Shown: positions 9,399 through 18,560, numbered from the stretch's first letter. The stretch: DNA of 34,197 nt from Sphingomonas sp. (GCA_035309885.1 DATGEV010000254.1:1-34197); one strand, 5' to 3'. Numbers and translations: made by a program. Notes: a model not told the origin generated them from the sequence alone.

Positions 9399-9739
9399 AT
9401 GATGGGAAGGACTGCTATCGGCGCTGCGGTGTTTGCAGCCATGACATTGGCGACATCGTCACTTGCTCAGTCCTGGGGAGACTATGGAGGCCTCTGCAAT
9501 GAAGGCCGCGCACACGCGCTGGAAGCGCGACTTGCTCACGACGTGCGGGACGGCCGCGCGAATTGGCAGGAGGGGCGCGACCTCCATGCCAAGATTGACT
9601 GGGTGGAGGGCCTGGAGGCGCGCGCCTGCCGATATGGACCGAATGATTGGCAGGCCCGCAACATCAATCAGCATTATGAACGGATCGCCGATCAAATCCG
9701 CAATGCCGAGAACGGCGATCCCAAGACGACAACTACTGA
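9399..9739 (+). CDS. Small secreted hypothetical protein, probably frameshifted near its 3' end
   Basis: Signal-peptide-like MMGRTAIGAAVFAAMTLATSSLA/QSW followed by a two-Cys helical domain. The reading frame runs on through the antisense sigma gene, but a shift at the C-run 9720-9722 gives QDDNY-stop at 9739. Confidence 0.5.
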
Positions 9740-9832
9740 ACGGTATCGCGCAGCCTCTTTCAACCAGGAGGCTGCGCCCCAGGCACATTTAAGGCGCAAT
9801 GACGGCGCGCGACTTGCTATTCCATGGCCCGA

Positions 9833-10534
9833 TCAGTCGGGTACCGCCGGCCAATCGCAGAGCGTCGCCACGACCCTTTCGGTCAGCGAGGCGCAATGCG
9901 AGCCGGCAAAGGGAAAAGCGCCCGTCAGACTTGCCTGCAGCTCGGGCGCGAGTGCCTCGCTTAATCGGCGACGGGCGCGGAGCAGGCGCGTCTTCACAGT
10001 GGCGGGCAGGATATCAAGCGCCCCTGCGATTTCCTCGACCGTCATTCCCTCGATCTCGCGCATGATGAAAACAAGCCGGAAATCGCGCGGCAACATCCCG
10101 ATCGCGGATTCAAGCATTCCGCGCATTTCCTTGATTGCCAGCGCGGCCTCGGGCCCGCCGCGCTCCGTCGATCCGTTCATCAGCTTTTCCCGATAGGCAT
10201 CGAGGTCGGTGACCGAATTCGCATCGAGCCGCGCGCGGCGGCGGCGCGCGGCGCGTTCGCGTCCCAGTGCCTCGTTGATGACGATACGCGTGAGCCAGGT
10301 CGACAGCGATGCATGACCGGCAAAGCTGTCGATCGCGGCGAACGCACGGACATAGGCGCTCTGGACGGCATCCTCTGCCTCCGCGCGGTTGCCGAGGATG
10401 CTCCACGCCGTGCGAAACAGCCTCTGATTGTTGCGTTCGGTCATGAGACGCACGGCGGCGGGATCTCGCTTCCCGACCCGACGGGCGAGTTCCAGATCGC
10501 TCAATGCCGCACTATTGCGTACCGAGATTTCCAT
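9833..10534 (-). CDS. ECF RNA polymerase sigma factor with a Cys-containing C-terminal extension (ECF29-like)
   Basis: Region 2 (NQRLFRTAWSIL, AEAEDAVQ, LSTWLTRIVIN), region 4 (EGMTVEEIA, TVKTRLLRARRRL) and tail AFPFAGSHCASLTERV. ATG 10534 follows GGAGG. Confidence 0.88.
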   Translation of the reverse strand: MEISVRNSAALSDLELARRVGKRDPAAVRLMTERNNQRLFRTAWSILGNRAEAEDAVQSAYVRAFAAIDSFAGHASLSTWLTRIVINEALGRERAARRRRARLDANSVTDLDAYREKLMNGSTERGGPEAALAIKEMRGMLESAIGMLPRDFRLVFIMREIEGMTVEEIAGALDILPATVKTRLLRARRRLSEALAPELQASLTGAFPFAGSHCASLTERVVATLCDWPAVPD

Positions 10535-10893
10535 CACCCCTCCCGGCGGCCGCGCTGCGCGAGCAGGAACGCTTCCAGAAGCTCGCGGCGCAAAACTGAA
10601 TCCTCGCAAAAATCGCTGAGCCAGCCCCGCGCTACCAACGACACCCGTCGTCGGTTGACGCCGCGGCTCGACAGGCAGCCATGGGCCGCCTCGGTCACCA
10701 TGGCAACTCGACGTGGCTTCACCATGTCTTGCAGCGAAGGGGCGATCCGATAGATCAGACGCTCCTGGAGTGGGCGGCGCCGGACAAAGGCGTCGATCCA
10801 TCGGGGCGGTTCTGAGACTTCGACGACGCGGGCGCCCGGACGATACCGGACTGCGCGCTCATTACCGATGGTCTCGTCGCAATAACAATCCAT
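10534..10893 (-). pseudogene. folE: Truncated, diverged GTP cyclohydrolase I (C-terminal half only; ORF still open)
   Basis: Y-R-P..VV..S, DAFVRR..LQERL...IA, KPRRVAMVTEAAHGCLSSRGV and F.ED...R.E.L align by eye with the FolE C-terminus (YxP..VxGLSK, RRLQxQERL, EAxHxCMxxRGV). The N-terminal half, including CEHH, is absent. Confidence 0.7.
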
Positions 10894-10923
10894 TCAATTC
10901 TCTTCCGCTCGCGGCACCTGACC

Positions 10924-10954
10924 ATTGGATGCCGCGGTCGCGCCCAAGTTCCCG
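10924..10954 (-). promoter_or_regulatory. ECF promoter for the folE remnant and sigma gene
   Basis: Minus strand reads CGGGAAC-ttgggcgcgaccgc-GGCATCCAAT, the same boxes and spacing as the divergent copy. Confidence 0.8.
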
Positions 10955-10970
10955 AATTATCCTGAACTCG

Positions 10971-11001
10971 CGGGAACCTCCCGCCACGCGTGGCATCCAA
11001 T
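10971..11001 (+). promoter_or_regulatory. ECF promoter for DUF4142 and cupredoxin
   Basis: Plus strand reads CGGGAAC-ctcccgccacgcgt-GGCATCCAAT. Confidence 0.8.
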
Positions 11002-11054
11002 AGGACATGGGCCGCGGAGCAGCTCCGACGCGCCACGCACCAAGGGACAGAAAG

Positions 11055-11582
11055 ATGCAGAAAAGATTCGCGCTCTTCTTCGGGGCCTTTGGCCTGATCG
11101 CCGCGTCGAGCGCGGCCCCCTCGCCCGAGGCGCATATCAGTGACGCGCAGATCGCGCACATCGCCTACACCGCCGGCGCGATCGACGTTGAAGCCGGCCG
11201 CCAGGCGCTCACGAAGTCGAAGAACCCGACTGTCCGTGCATTCGCCGAGGAGATGGTCCGCGACCACCAGGCCGTGAACAATCAGGCGCTCGCACTCGTC
11301 AAGAAGCTTGGCGTCACGCCCGAGGACAATCCGACCAGCGCGGCGCTCACCAAGCAGGCGGCTGCGGAACACCAGACACTGGCAAGTCTCGACGGAGCCG
11401 CATTCGACCACGCCTATGTCGCCAATGAAGTCGCCTATCATCGCACCGTGAACGGCGCGCTCAAGAACATGCTCATTCCCGGCGCCCATAATGGCGAATT
11501 GAAGTCGCTCCTGCAGACCGGCCTGACGCTCTTCAGCGAGCATCAGGCGCACGCCGAGCATCTCGCGGTTGATCTGAAATGA
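11055..11582 (+). CDS. DUF4142 domain secreted protein (ferritin-like helical bundle)
   Basis: Signal peptide, then SDAQIAHI, VRAFAEEMVRDH, GAAFDHAYVANEVAYH and EHQAHAEHL. Confidence 0.85.
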   Translation: MQKRFALFFGAFGLIAASSAAPSPEAHISDAQIAHIAYTAGAIDVEAGRQALTKSKNPTVRAFAEEMVRDHQAVNNQALALVKKLGVTPEDNPTSAALTKQAAAEHQTLASLDGAAFDHAYVANEVAYHRTVNGALKNMLIPGAHNGELKSLLQTGLTLFSEHQAHAEHLAVDLK

Positions 11583-11926
11583 AGCAGCAGATCGGCGTGG
11601 CGGCACTGTGCTGTGCCGCCATGCTGGCGATCGCCCCGCCCCTCCTCGGGGCGGTCGCCAGGCCGCAAGCTATGCACAAGACCTACACGGTCGTCATCGA
11701 CAAGATGAAGTTCGCAACGCTGCCGACCGGCTTACGCGTCGGCGATACCGTCATATGGGTCAACCGGGACATATTCCGCCATAGCGCCACCGCGCGCGAC
11801 GGGAGCTTCAACGTGGACCTGATGCCCGGGAAAAGCCTCGGCATCATGCTCAATCGGACCGGAACCGTGCCGTTCTACTGCACCTTCCACCCGGGAATGC
11901 AGGGCCAGCTCGTCATTGCTCGCTGA
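11579..11926 (+). CDS. Cupredoxin (plastocyanin/amicyanin-like type 1 copper protein)
   Basis: Signal peptide, VGDTVIWVNRD..RHSATA and YCTFHPGM (H, C, H, M ligands). ATGA overlap with DUF4142. Confidence 0.88.
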   Translation: MKQQIGVAALCCAAMLAIAPPLLGAVARPQAMHKTYTVVIDKMKFATLPTGLRVGDTVIWVNRDIFRHSATARDGSFNVDLMPGKSLGIMLNRTGTVPFYCTFHPGMQGQLVIAR

Positions 11927-11962
11927 CCCACCACGCGGCGCCTCGACCTCAGCGGCGTCGCG

Positions 11963-12068
11963 CTAGAGCGATTTCGAAGCGGATGGAATCATCCGCTGAC
12001 TCGGAAATCGCGCCAAACCCATATCTAGAGCGGCCGATCCGATGCCATCGGAGCGGATTCCGCTCTAG
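11963..12068. repeat. 106-bp palindromic intergenic repeat (MITE/RIME/Bru-RS-like), copy 1
   Basis: Termini CTAGAGCG...CGCTCTAG with internal hairpins. The first 50 bp are identical to 29558-29607. Confidence 0.85.
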
Positions 12069-12070
12069 CC

Positions 12071-12190
12071 TACAGTCCGCCAAACAGGCCCAACCGCTTG
12101 CTCGACCTGTTCGAGACACCCATTTATTTCGAGCAGCCGCGCAACGCGCTGCTGTTCGATGCGACGGCATTTGCGAAGCCCGTGGTGCGA
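12071..12190 (+). pseudogene. Fragment of an AraC-family regulator (N-terminal ligand-binding domain)
   Basis: Translates as YSPPNRPNRLLDLFETPIYFEQPRNALLFDATAFAKPVVR, resembling the LF..P..F.QP.N.L.FD...L..P pattern of OruR-type AraC proteins. No start codon. Confidence 0.5.
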
Positions 12191-12287
12191 GTCGCATGGA
12201 AGCGAACTGGACCATGGCGAGGACGTTGACGCCCAGCTTGTCGTCGCCGGTCTCGACCCGGCGGACGTGCTTGAGCTTGGCGGACAG
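12189..12287 (-). mobile_element. Degenerate IS5-family transposase C-terminal fragment
   Basis: Translates as LSAKLKHVRRVETGDDKLGVNVLAMVQFASMRL, compared with the typical KLKHFRRVATRYDKLAxNFLAMVQLASMRL. Confidence 0.7.
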
Positions 12288-12288
12288 C

Positions 12289-14778
12289 TTAGGTGGCGAG
12301 CAGGGCGACGCTAGCCGATCGCAGGCCGTCCGCGCGCGCCTCGAACCGGATCAGGCCTGCTTCCGGACCGACCTGCACGATCGCCTGGCACAGCCCATTA
12401 AAGGCCCGCCGCGAAGAGGCCTGATCGGCTTCTAGACTGTTCGGATTTCCATTACCGACCCCGATAAGCCGTCCGGCGCCCTCGACAGCGAAATGCAGCA
12501 TGGTATCGGCACGCGGCACGATCCGACCGGCCTTGTCCACCATCTCAACTCTTATCATGGCCACATCCTGCCCGTCGGCACGCAGTTTCATCCGATCCGC
12601 AGACAGCCTGATCGCGGCGACCTCGCCGGTCGTCTCCCGGCGATCCCGGACCACCTGCCGCCCGCCGTTGAAGCCCCGGGCCTCGATGCTTCCAGGGGCG
12701 TAGGGAATGGTCCAGCTCGCATGGCGATTGCGCGGCACCGGCCGCCGGCCGTGGCTGACGCCGTTCACCAGCAGCTCCACCTCGTCGCAATTGCTATGCG
12801 CCCAAACCTCGATCGGCTGTCCTTCGCGACCGCTCCAGTTCCAGTGCGGCAACAGGTGGAGCAATGGCTCGTCGGGGCGCCACCAGGCCCGGTAATACCA
12901 GTAATCGTCCTTGGGAAATCCGCAGAGGTCGAGAATTCCGAACTGGCTCGAGACGCTCGGCCAGTCCGGATAGGGCGTTGGCTCACCGCGATAATCGAAG
13001 CCGGTCCAGATGAAGCCGCCAGCAATGAAGGGGCGCTCTGCGGCGATCGGCCACCATTGTTCGGCGGTCGACGCCCAGTCCGGATATTCGGTGTCGTACG
13101 CCCGCACGACGTGACGCCGCGCGTCATTCTCATATTCGCCGCGCGTCGCGACTGTGCTGCCGGTTTCCGTGCCGATCACCGGGAGGAGCGGGAATTGCCG
13201 GTGGAAGGCGTCGATATGGTCGGTGCGATAGTTCAGCCCCACGACGTCCACCACCTGCCAGGCACCGGGTCCATAACCCTTGTCCTCGAAATAGAAGGCC
13301 TGGGTGACGGGCCGGGTCGGGTCCAGCCGCTTGATCCGCCGCATCAGGTCGGCCGTAATCCGCTGGCCACGAGCGGTGCCCTGCTGCGGCTCCTCGTTGC
13401 CCGCCGACCACAGGATTACGCAAGGGTGGTTGCGGTCGCGCCGGACGATGCGATCCAGTTCGTCGAGCGCTTCCGGCTCGGTGCTGTTCCGGCGCAGTTC
13501 GACGATCATCAGCATGCCCTTGGCGTCGCAGATGTCGAGCAACGCCTCCGATGGCGGATTATGGGCGCTGCGCCAGGCGTTGCAGCCCATCGATCGAAGC
13601 TGTTCCACACGCCAGGCATTCAGCCGGTCGGGAATGGCGGTTCCGACGCCTGCATGATCCTGGTGATTGCAGGTGCCGAGCAGCTTCATGGGCTTGTCGT
13701 TGAGAGTGAAGCCGGTGTCCGCATCAAAGCGGAGGGTGCGAATTCCGAAGCTGGTCTCCGTGCGATCGATGAGGCGGCTTCCATCGTGCAGTTCGGTCAC
13801 GAGGCGATAGAGCAGCGGCGTTTCGATCGACCATCGATGCGCGGTCCCGAGATGCCCTTCCACCTCACGCGTGGTCGTCCCCTGCGGATCGAGCGAGACG
13901 ATGTCGTCCGGCAACTGGATGGCCAAACTTCCGTCGGGAGCCAGGATCGTCCGACGCACCGTCACACGCGCAGGCTCAGATCCGCTGTTCTCGAGGTCGG
14001 TTGCGATACGGATGACGGCACCGCTTGCCGCGGGCTCCGCCCGCACCAGGCTTCCCCACTGCGGGACATGGACCTTGGCCGCCTTGACGAGCGTGACATG
14101 GCGATAGATGCCGGCACCTTCGTAGAACCACCCCTCGCCAAGCGACGCATCGACGCGCAACGTCAGCACGTTGGGGCCGCCGTCATAATCGAGAAAATCG
14201 GTGATATCGACGCGGAATGGCGCGTAGCCGCTGGCGTTCCGCCCGACGATGCAACCGTTCACGAAGATGATGCAGTCGCGGAACACGCCGTCGAATTCGA
14301 GCCAGAGCCGGCGGCCCCGATCAGCCGACCCCGCCAGCAAGCTGCGGCGATACCAGCCAATGCTGTTCTCGGGATGATCCCGGCCAATCGCCTTGAATCC
14401 GTGGGCGGCCAGACGATCCCGGACATTGCGATCGCCGGGCGCCGGCAAAGGCTTTTCCGGCTGTGCGAAGGGCAGCGCGACAGCCCAATCATGGGGCACC
14501 CGCACCGCCGCCCAGTCGCTGTCGTCGAAGGCTGGCTGGGTGGCTGGCGGCGCGTCCTCCTGCACCTTGGCAAAAGTCCGTTGATAGCGGCCGAAGCCGA
14601 AATCCCGGTCAAGATCGGACGCATGGCCAAGGTGGAAACGCCAGCCATCATCAAGCCGGATCTGTTCCCGCGGAGCGACAGTCGCCGGCGCAGGGCCCGC
14701 CAGAGCCAGCGACGGCAGAGCGCCAAGACCTACGCCGAGCGCTCCGCTGCCCAGCACATCACGCCGCCTGAGCCGCAC
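12289..14778 (-). CDS. GH2 beta-galactosidase with Tat signal peptide
   Basis: RRRDVL Tat motif, VRVPHDW, EGWFYEGAGIYR, CNHQDHAGVG, RSAHNPP, WSAGNEE (acid/base) and WTGFDYRGEPTP. GGAGG lies 7 nt before the GTG. Confidence 0.9.
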   Translation of the reverse strand: MRLRRRDVLGSGALGVGLGALPSLALAGPAPATVAPREQIRLDDGWRFHLGHASDLDRDFGFGRYQRTFAKVQEDAPPATQPAFDDSDWAAVRVPHDWAVALPFAQPEKPLPAPGDRNVRDRLAAHGFKAIGRDHPENSIGWYRRSLLAGSADRGRRLWLEFDGVFRDCIIFVNGCIVGRNASGYAPFRVDITDFLDYDGGPNVLTLRVDASLGEGWFYEGAGIYRHVTLVKAAKVHVPQWGSLVRAEPAASGAVIRIATDLENSGSEPARVTVRRTILAPDGSLAIQLPDDIVSLDPQGTTTREVEGHLGTAHRWSIETPLLYRLVTELHDGSRLIDRTETSFGIRTLRFDADTGFTLNDKPMKLLGTCNHQDHAGVGTAIPDRLNAWRVEQLRSMGCNAWRSAHNPPSEALLDICDAKGMLMIVELRRNSTEPEALDELDRIVRRDRNHPCVILWSAGNEEPQQGTARGQRITADLMRRIKRLDPTRPVTQAFYFEDKGYGPGAWQVVDVVGLNYRTDHIDAFHRQFPLLPVIGTETGSTVATRGEYENDARRHVVRAYDTEYPDWASTAEQWWPIAAERPFIAGGFIWTGFDYRGEPTPYPDWPSVSSQFGILDLCGFPKDDYWYYRAWWRPDEPLLHLLPHWNWSGREGQPIEVWAHSNCDEVELLVNGVSHGRRPVPRNRHASWTIPYAPGSIEARGFNGGRQVVRDRRETTGEVAAIRLSADRMKLRADGQDVAMIRVEMVDKAGRIVPRADTMLHFAVEGAGRLIGVGNGNPNSLEADQASSRRAFNGLCQAIVQVGPEAGLIRFEARADGLRSASVALLAT

Positions 14779-14798
14779 CCCTCATCCTCCCGTATCAT

Positions 14799-14823
14799 GA
14801 TTTATAATATTTATTTTAACCCG
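14799..14823. promoter_or_regulatory. Candidate operator upstream of GH2
   Basis: GATTTATAATATTTATTTTAACCCG resembles GATTTATATTACTTAATCTTGACCCG at 32845-32870. Confidence 0.45.
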
Positions 14824-15107
14824 ATCGCTTGATGTAGCAAGCCCGGTACGTGCTTCGGGAGTATCTTCATTGATATTGGGGACTGAGACAGCCGAGACAA
14901 AATCCCGGTTTTCTGGGATATTACGGCGCCAGCACGGCAATCGAGCGAGGATATTCCTTGCATCGGCGCACGCCCCATCGTCACGAAATATTCTGCTTTG
15001 TGGACGCAATAACCATCGCGGATCATCGATTTACGGGACGCGTCCGGTGGACATCGTCTGGTTGTGACGCTGGCGTCGGATGGACCGGGTGGATGCGGTC
15101 GAGATGT

Positions 15108-17030
15108 TCAGATCGCGACTGTCCGCCCGATTTCGACGGTCTCGTCGGCGGGCAGGCGGAAATAGTTGGTGGCCCGCGCGCTGTTGCGGACCATGAAGGC
15201 GAAGATGTACCGCTGCCAAGCCATGATCGCCCGGTCGTCGTCGCGTTCGACCAGCGTTTCATGGCCAAGATAATAGGTGACGTCAGACGGGGCGACGGTC
15301 CCTGCCCGGGCGGCACAGCCAGAAACGGCTAACGGAATGTCCGGCCTCTCCATGAAGCCGTAGCGCGCCGTCGCGCGCCACAGCTGCGGCCCCAACGGTT
15401 CGACCGAGATCCGGCTTTCATTGTCGATCCAGGGTACGGATTGAATCGCGACCTGCAGGATGATCACCTCCTCGCGCAGCACGCGGTTCTGGCGGACGTG
15501 CCACAATAAGACCGACGGCACGTCGCTGGCCGTTCGCGTCAGAAATACCGCCGTGCCGGGGACGCGAGGGATCCGCCGTTCCTGCAGTTCAGCGAAAAGC
15601 TGGGGGGCGGTGATGATCTTGTCGTTGAGTGCGGCCGCCATCGCGACCGCCCCGTGATGCCAGACCCACATGATCAGATAGATCAGGCTCGCCAGCAGCA
15701 GCGGGACATAGCCCCCCTCCATCAGCTTCAGCGAATTGGCGGCGAAGAAGCTGGCATCGAGCACCAGCAGCGCGCCGGCTATGGCGGCGCAGCGCGTCAG
15801 TGGCCAGTTCCAGATCTCGCGCATCGCCATGTAGAGCAGCGCGGTCGTCATCAACATCGTCATGCTGACGGCGATACCGTAGGCCGCCGCGAGATTGTCC
15901 GATTTCCTGAAATAGAGCGTGAGCCCGATCGTCACGATCATCAGCAGCCAGTTGACGATGCCGACGTAGATCTGGCCATAGCCCTCGGCCGAGGTCTGCT
16001 TGATCGTCAGCCGCGGCAGCCAGCCCAGTTGGATCGCCTGCCTTGTCATCGAGAAAGCCCCGGTGATGATGGACTGGCTGGCGATGATCGTGGCGACGGT
16101 CGCAAGCAGGATCACCGGCAGCAGCAGCGCGGGCGGACAAAGCGCGTAAAAAATATTGTCTCCGCCCGAGGCTCCGCTCAGCAGCAGCGCCGCCTGCCCG
16201 GCATAATTCAGGATGAGACTGGGGAAAATCAGCCAGCTCCAGGCAATGCGGATCGGCTTTGCGCCGAAGTGGCCCATATCCGCATAGAGCGCCTCGGCCC
16301 CGGTGACGCACAGGAACACCCCGCCCAGCAACATGAAGCCGCGCCAGCCATGCGCGACCAGATAACGCAGCCCGTAGAGTGGATTGATCGCGGCGATCAC
16401 GCCGGGGTGGTGGACGATCGACAGGATGCCGAGTGCTGCGATCGTCACGAACCAGATCAGCATGACCGGACCAAAGGCCCGGCCGATGCGAGCCGTGCCC
16501 AGCGGTTGGACGAGAAACAGGATCAGCAGGATCACCACTGCCAGCGAAAGGATCCAGGGCGTGACCGCGGGCGTCGCGGTTTTCAGCCCCTCCAGCGCCG
16601 ACAGCACCGAGATTGCCGGCGTGATCGCCCCGTCACCGTAGATCAGCGCGGCGCCAAACAGACCCATGGCGACGATCGCCGGCCGCTTGTGCGACTTGAT
16701 GCCGAGCAGCGCCATCAGCGCCAGGATGCCGCCCTCGCCGTCATTGTCGATCCGCATCGCGATGTTGATATATTTGATCGTGGTGACGACGAACAACGTC
16801 CACAGCAACAGCGACAGCACGCCCATCGCCGCCCCGGCATCAACCCCGCCGCCGCCAAGCGCAAGCACTGTCTTCATTGTGTAGAGCGGGCTGGTGCCGA
16901 TGTCGCCAAAGACGATCCCGGTCGCACCGATGACCAGCGGCGTGAGCTTTGTCGCCGGACTGGCCGTCGGTCGATTATCGCTGGACGTCATGTCTTTCGC
17001 GGACTGGGCCACTTCGTTCATGCGGATCAT
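15108..17030 (-). CDS. kup: KUP/HAK/KT potassium transporter
   Basis: Motifs VFGDIGTSPLY, DNDGEGG, YGDGAITPAISVLSA, GAEALYADMGHFG, GQIY and YGFME. Start could be 17030, 17021 or 16991. Confidence 0.95.
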   Translation of the reverse strand: MIRMNEVAQSAKDMTSSDNRPTASPATKLTPLVIGATGIVFGDIGTSPLYTMKTVLALGGGGVDAGAAMGVLSLLLWTLFVVTTIKYINIAMRIDNDGEGGILALMALLGIKSHKRPAIVAMGLFGAALIYGDGAITPAISVLSALEGLKTATPAVTPWILSLAVVILLILFLVQPLGTARIGRAFGPVMLIWFVTIAALGILSIVHHPGVIAAINPLYGLRYLVAHGWRGFMLLGGVFLCVTGAEALYADMGHFGAKPIRIAWSWLIFPSLILNYAGQAALLLSGASGGDNIFYALCPPALLLPVILLATVATIIASQSIITGAFSMTRQAIQLGWLPRLTIKQTSAEGYGQIYVGIVNWLLMIVTIGLTLYFRKSDNLAAAYGIAVSMTMLMTTALLYMAMREIWNWPLTRCAAIAGALLVLDASFFAANSLKLMEGGYVPLLLASLIYLIMWVWHHGAVAMAAALNDKIITAPQLFAELQERRIPRVPGTAVFLTRTASDVPSVLLWHVRQNRVLREEVIILQVAIQSVPWIDNESRISVEPLGPQLWRATARYGFMERPDIPLAVSGCAARAGTVAPSDVTYYLGHETLVERDDDRAIMAWQRYIFAFMVRNSARATNYFRLPADETVEIGRTVAI

Positions 17031-17123
17031 CCAAGGTTGAGTGGCGGGAACGCCCCGTCAGAACGTCATCAACCAAGCGCGTGTTGCACCATATTTACCG
17101 GCAGGGAAAATTGCCTTGCCCGA

Positions 17124-18560
17124 TTAATTCCACCATCCGCCGCCCAACGCCTGGAACAGAGCCGCCGTGTCCGCGAATCGTGCGGCTTCGGCCTGCACCA
17201 ACGCCTGCTCGGCCTGCCGCAGATTCTGTTCGGCCGTCAGCACGGTGAGGAACGCGACCTGGCCCTGCGCATATTGCCGCCGCGTGACCGTCAAGCTCGC
17301 TTCTGCACTGTCGCGTGCGGCCCTTGTGGCGCTCAACGCATCGGCGTCCAGCTGAAGGGCGTGGAGCGTATCGGCGACATTCTGGAATGCGGTCAGCACC
17401 GCCGAGCGATATTGGGCCTGCGCCTGCTGATAGCCTGCCCGGGCGGCGCGCTCTTTGTGGAGCAGGCTGCCGCCGGCAAAGATCGGTTGCGCGACACCCG
17501 CGCCCACCGTCCAGAAGCTGTTGGCCCCCGACAGCAGGCTGGACCAGTTGCTGGAAGAACCGCCTGCGCTGGCCGTGAGCGTGATATTGGGCAGGCGGGC
17601 GGCAATGGCGACGCCGACGGCGGCGCTTGCGGCATGGAGATTCTCCTCGGCGGCGCGCACGTCGGGACGCTGGCGGACAAGCTCCGCCGGCAGGCTGAGC
17701 GGCAGGTCGCGAGGCAACGTCAGCTCGGCGAGATTCACCCCTTCGATGGGTCCGTCGCCGGGCGAGCGTCCGGTGAGATAGGCCAGCAGATCCTGCTGCT
17801 GGGTGAGCGCCTTGCGCAGCGGCGGCAGCGCGGCCAGCGCCTGCGCCAGCGCGGCTTCCTGCGTCAGCACGTCCGCGCCCGCAATCTGCCCGTCGGACAA
17901 TTGCCGGCGCATCACACCCAGCACCTCCTCCTCGATGGCGACGATGCGCTGCTGGGCCGCGACCTGCTGGCGCAGCGAGGCCTCCTGGAAGGCCGCCGCC
18001 GCGACGTTGTTGCACAGCGTGAACCGCGCGGCCTCGGTCTGATAGCGTTGCGCTTCATATTGCGCGCGCGCCTGCTCGACTTGCCGGCGGTTGCCGCCGA
18101 ACAGGTCGAGCGTGTAGCCGACGTTCAACTGCGCAGTTTGCAGGCTGTAGTCGAACACCGTCTCATTGGGTACGGGTGCCAGAAACTGGGAACTCTTGCT
18201 GCGGCTGGTGGTAGCGCCCGCATCAATCTGCGGAACGAGAATGCCGCGCTGGGCGAGCCATGTTTCACGCGCCACCTTGAGCGCCGCTTGCGCGGCCGCC
18301 AGATCGCTGTTGGCAGCGAGCGCGCGTTCGATCAGCGCGTCAAGCTGGGGCGAATGGAACTGGGTCCACCATTTGCCCTCCACCTTTGCGCCGGGGACGA
18401 AGCGCTGGTCGCTCCCGGCGGTGGCGATGGGCTGCGGCGTGTAGGCGGTTTCGGTCGGGGCGGCGGGGGTGTGGAAATTGGGACCGACCGCGCAGGTCGA
18501 CAGCGCCGCCACGGGGATCAGCGCAGCGCAGCGCCATGGTGATGGTCGGCGCATCATCAC
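17124..18560 (-). CDS. Outer membrane efflux lipoprotein (NodT/TolC family)
   Basis: Lipobox-like LSTC-AVGP, WWTQF, LDLFG, LVRQRPDVRAAE and ALFQALGGGWW. Confidence 0.92.
   Translation of the reverse strand: MMMRRPSPWRCAALIPVAALSTCAVGPNFHTPAAPTETAYTPQPIATAGSDQRFVPGAKVEGKWWTQFHSPQLDALIERALAANSDLAAAQAALKVARETWLAQRGILVPQIDAGATTSRSKSSQFLAPVPNETVFDYSLQTAQLNVGYTLDLFGGNRRQVEQARAQYEAQRYQTEAARFTLCNNVAAAAFQEASLRQQVAAQQRIVAIEEEVLGVMRRQLSDGQIAGADVLTQEAALAQALAALPPLRKALTQQQDLLAYLTGRSPGDGPIEGVNLAELTLPRDLPLSLPAELVRQRPDVRAAEENLHAASAAVGVAIAARLPNITLTASAGGSSSNWSSLLSGANSFWTVGAGVAQPIFAGGSLLHKERAARAGYQQAQAQYRSAVLTAFQNVADTLHALQLDADALSATRAARDSAEASLTVTRRQYAQGQVAFLTVLTAEQNLRQAEQALVQAEAARFADTAALFQALGGGWWN

Noticed and set aside
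10535-10801. N-terminal extension of the sigma ORF in the track
   Set aside because: It overlaps the FolE-like frame. ATG 10534 has an RBS and gives a normal ECF length.
11963-12068. Palindromic repeat considered as a CRISPR repeat or tRNA
   Set aside because: There are only two dispersed copies, with no spacer array, no cas genes and no cloverleaf or T-loop consensus.
14824-15107. Lower-GC intergenic region with a small hairpin (ATCCCGG-tttt-CTGGGAT) and short ORFs
   Set aside because: No riboswitch, sRNA or protein family is recognisable by eye. An Rfam search would be needed.
17045-17074. CGGGAAC...GTCATCAACC resembling the ECF promoter
   Set aside because: The spacer is one base short, the -10 match is poor, and it points antisense into the OMF gene.
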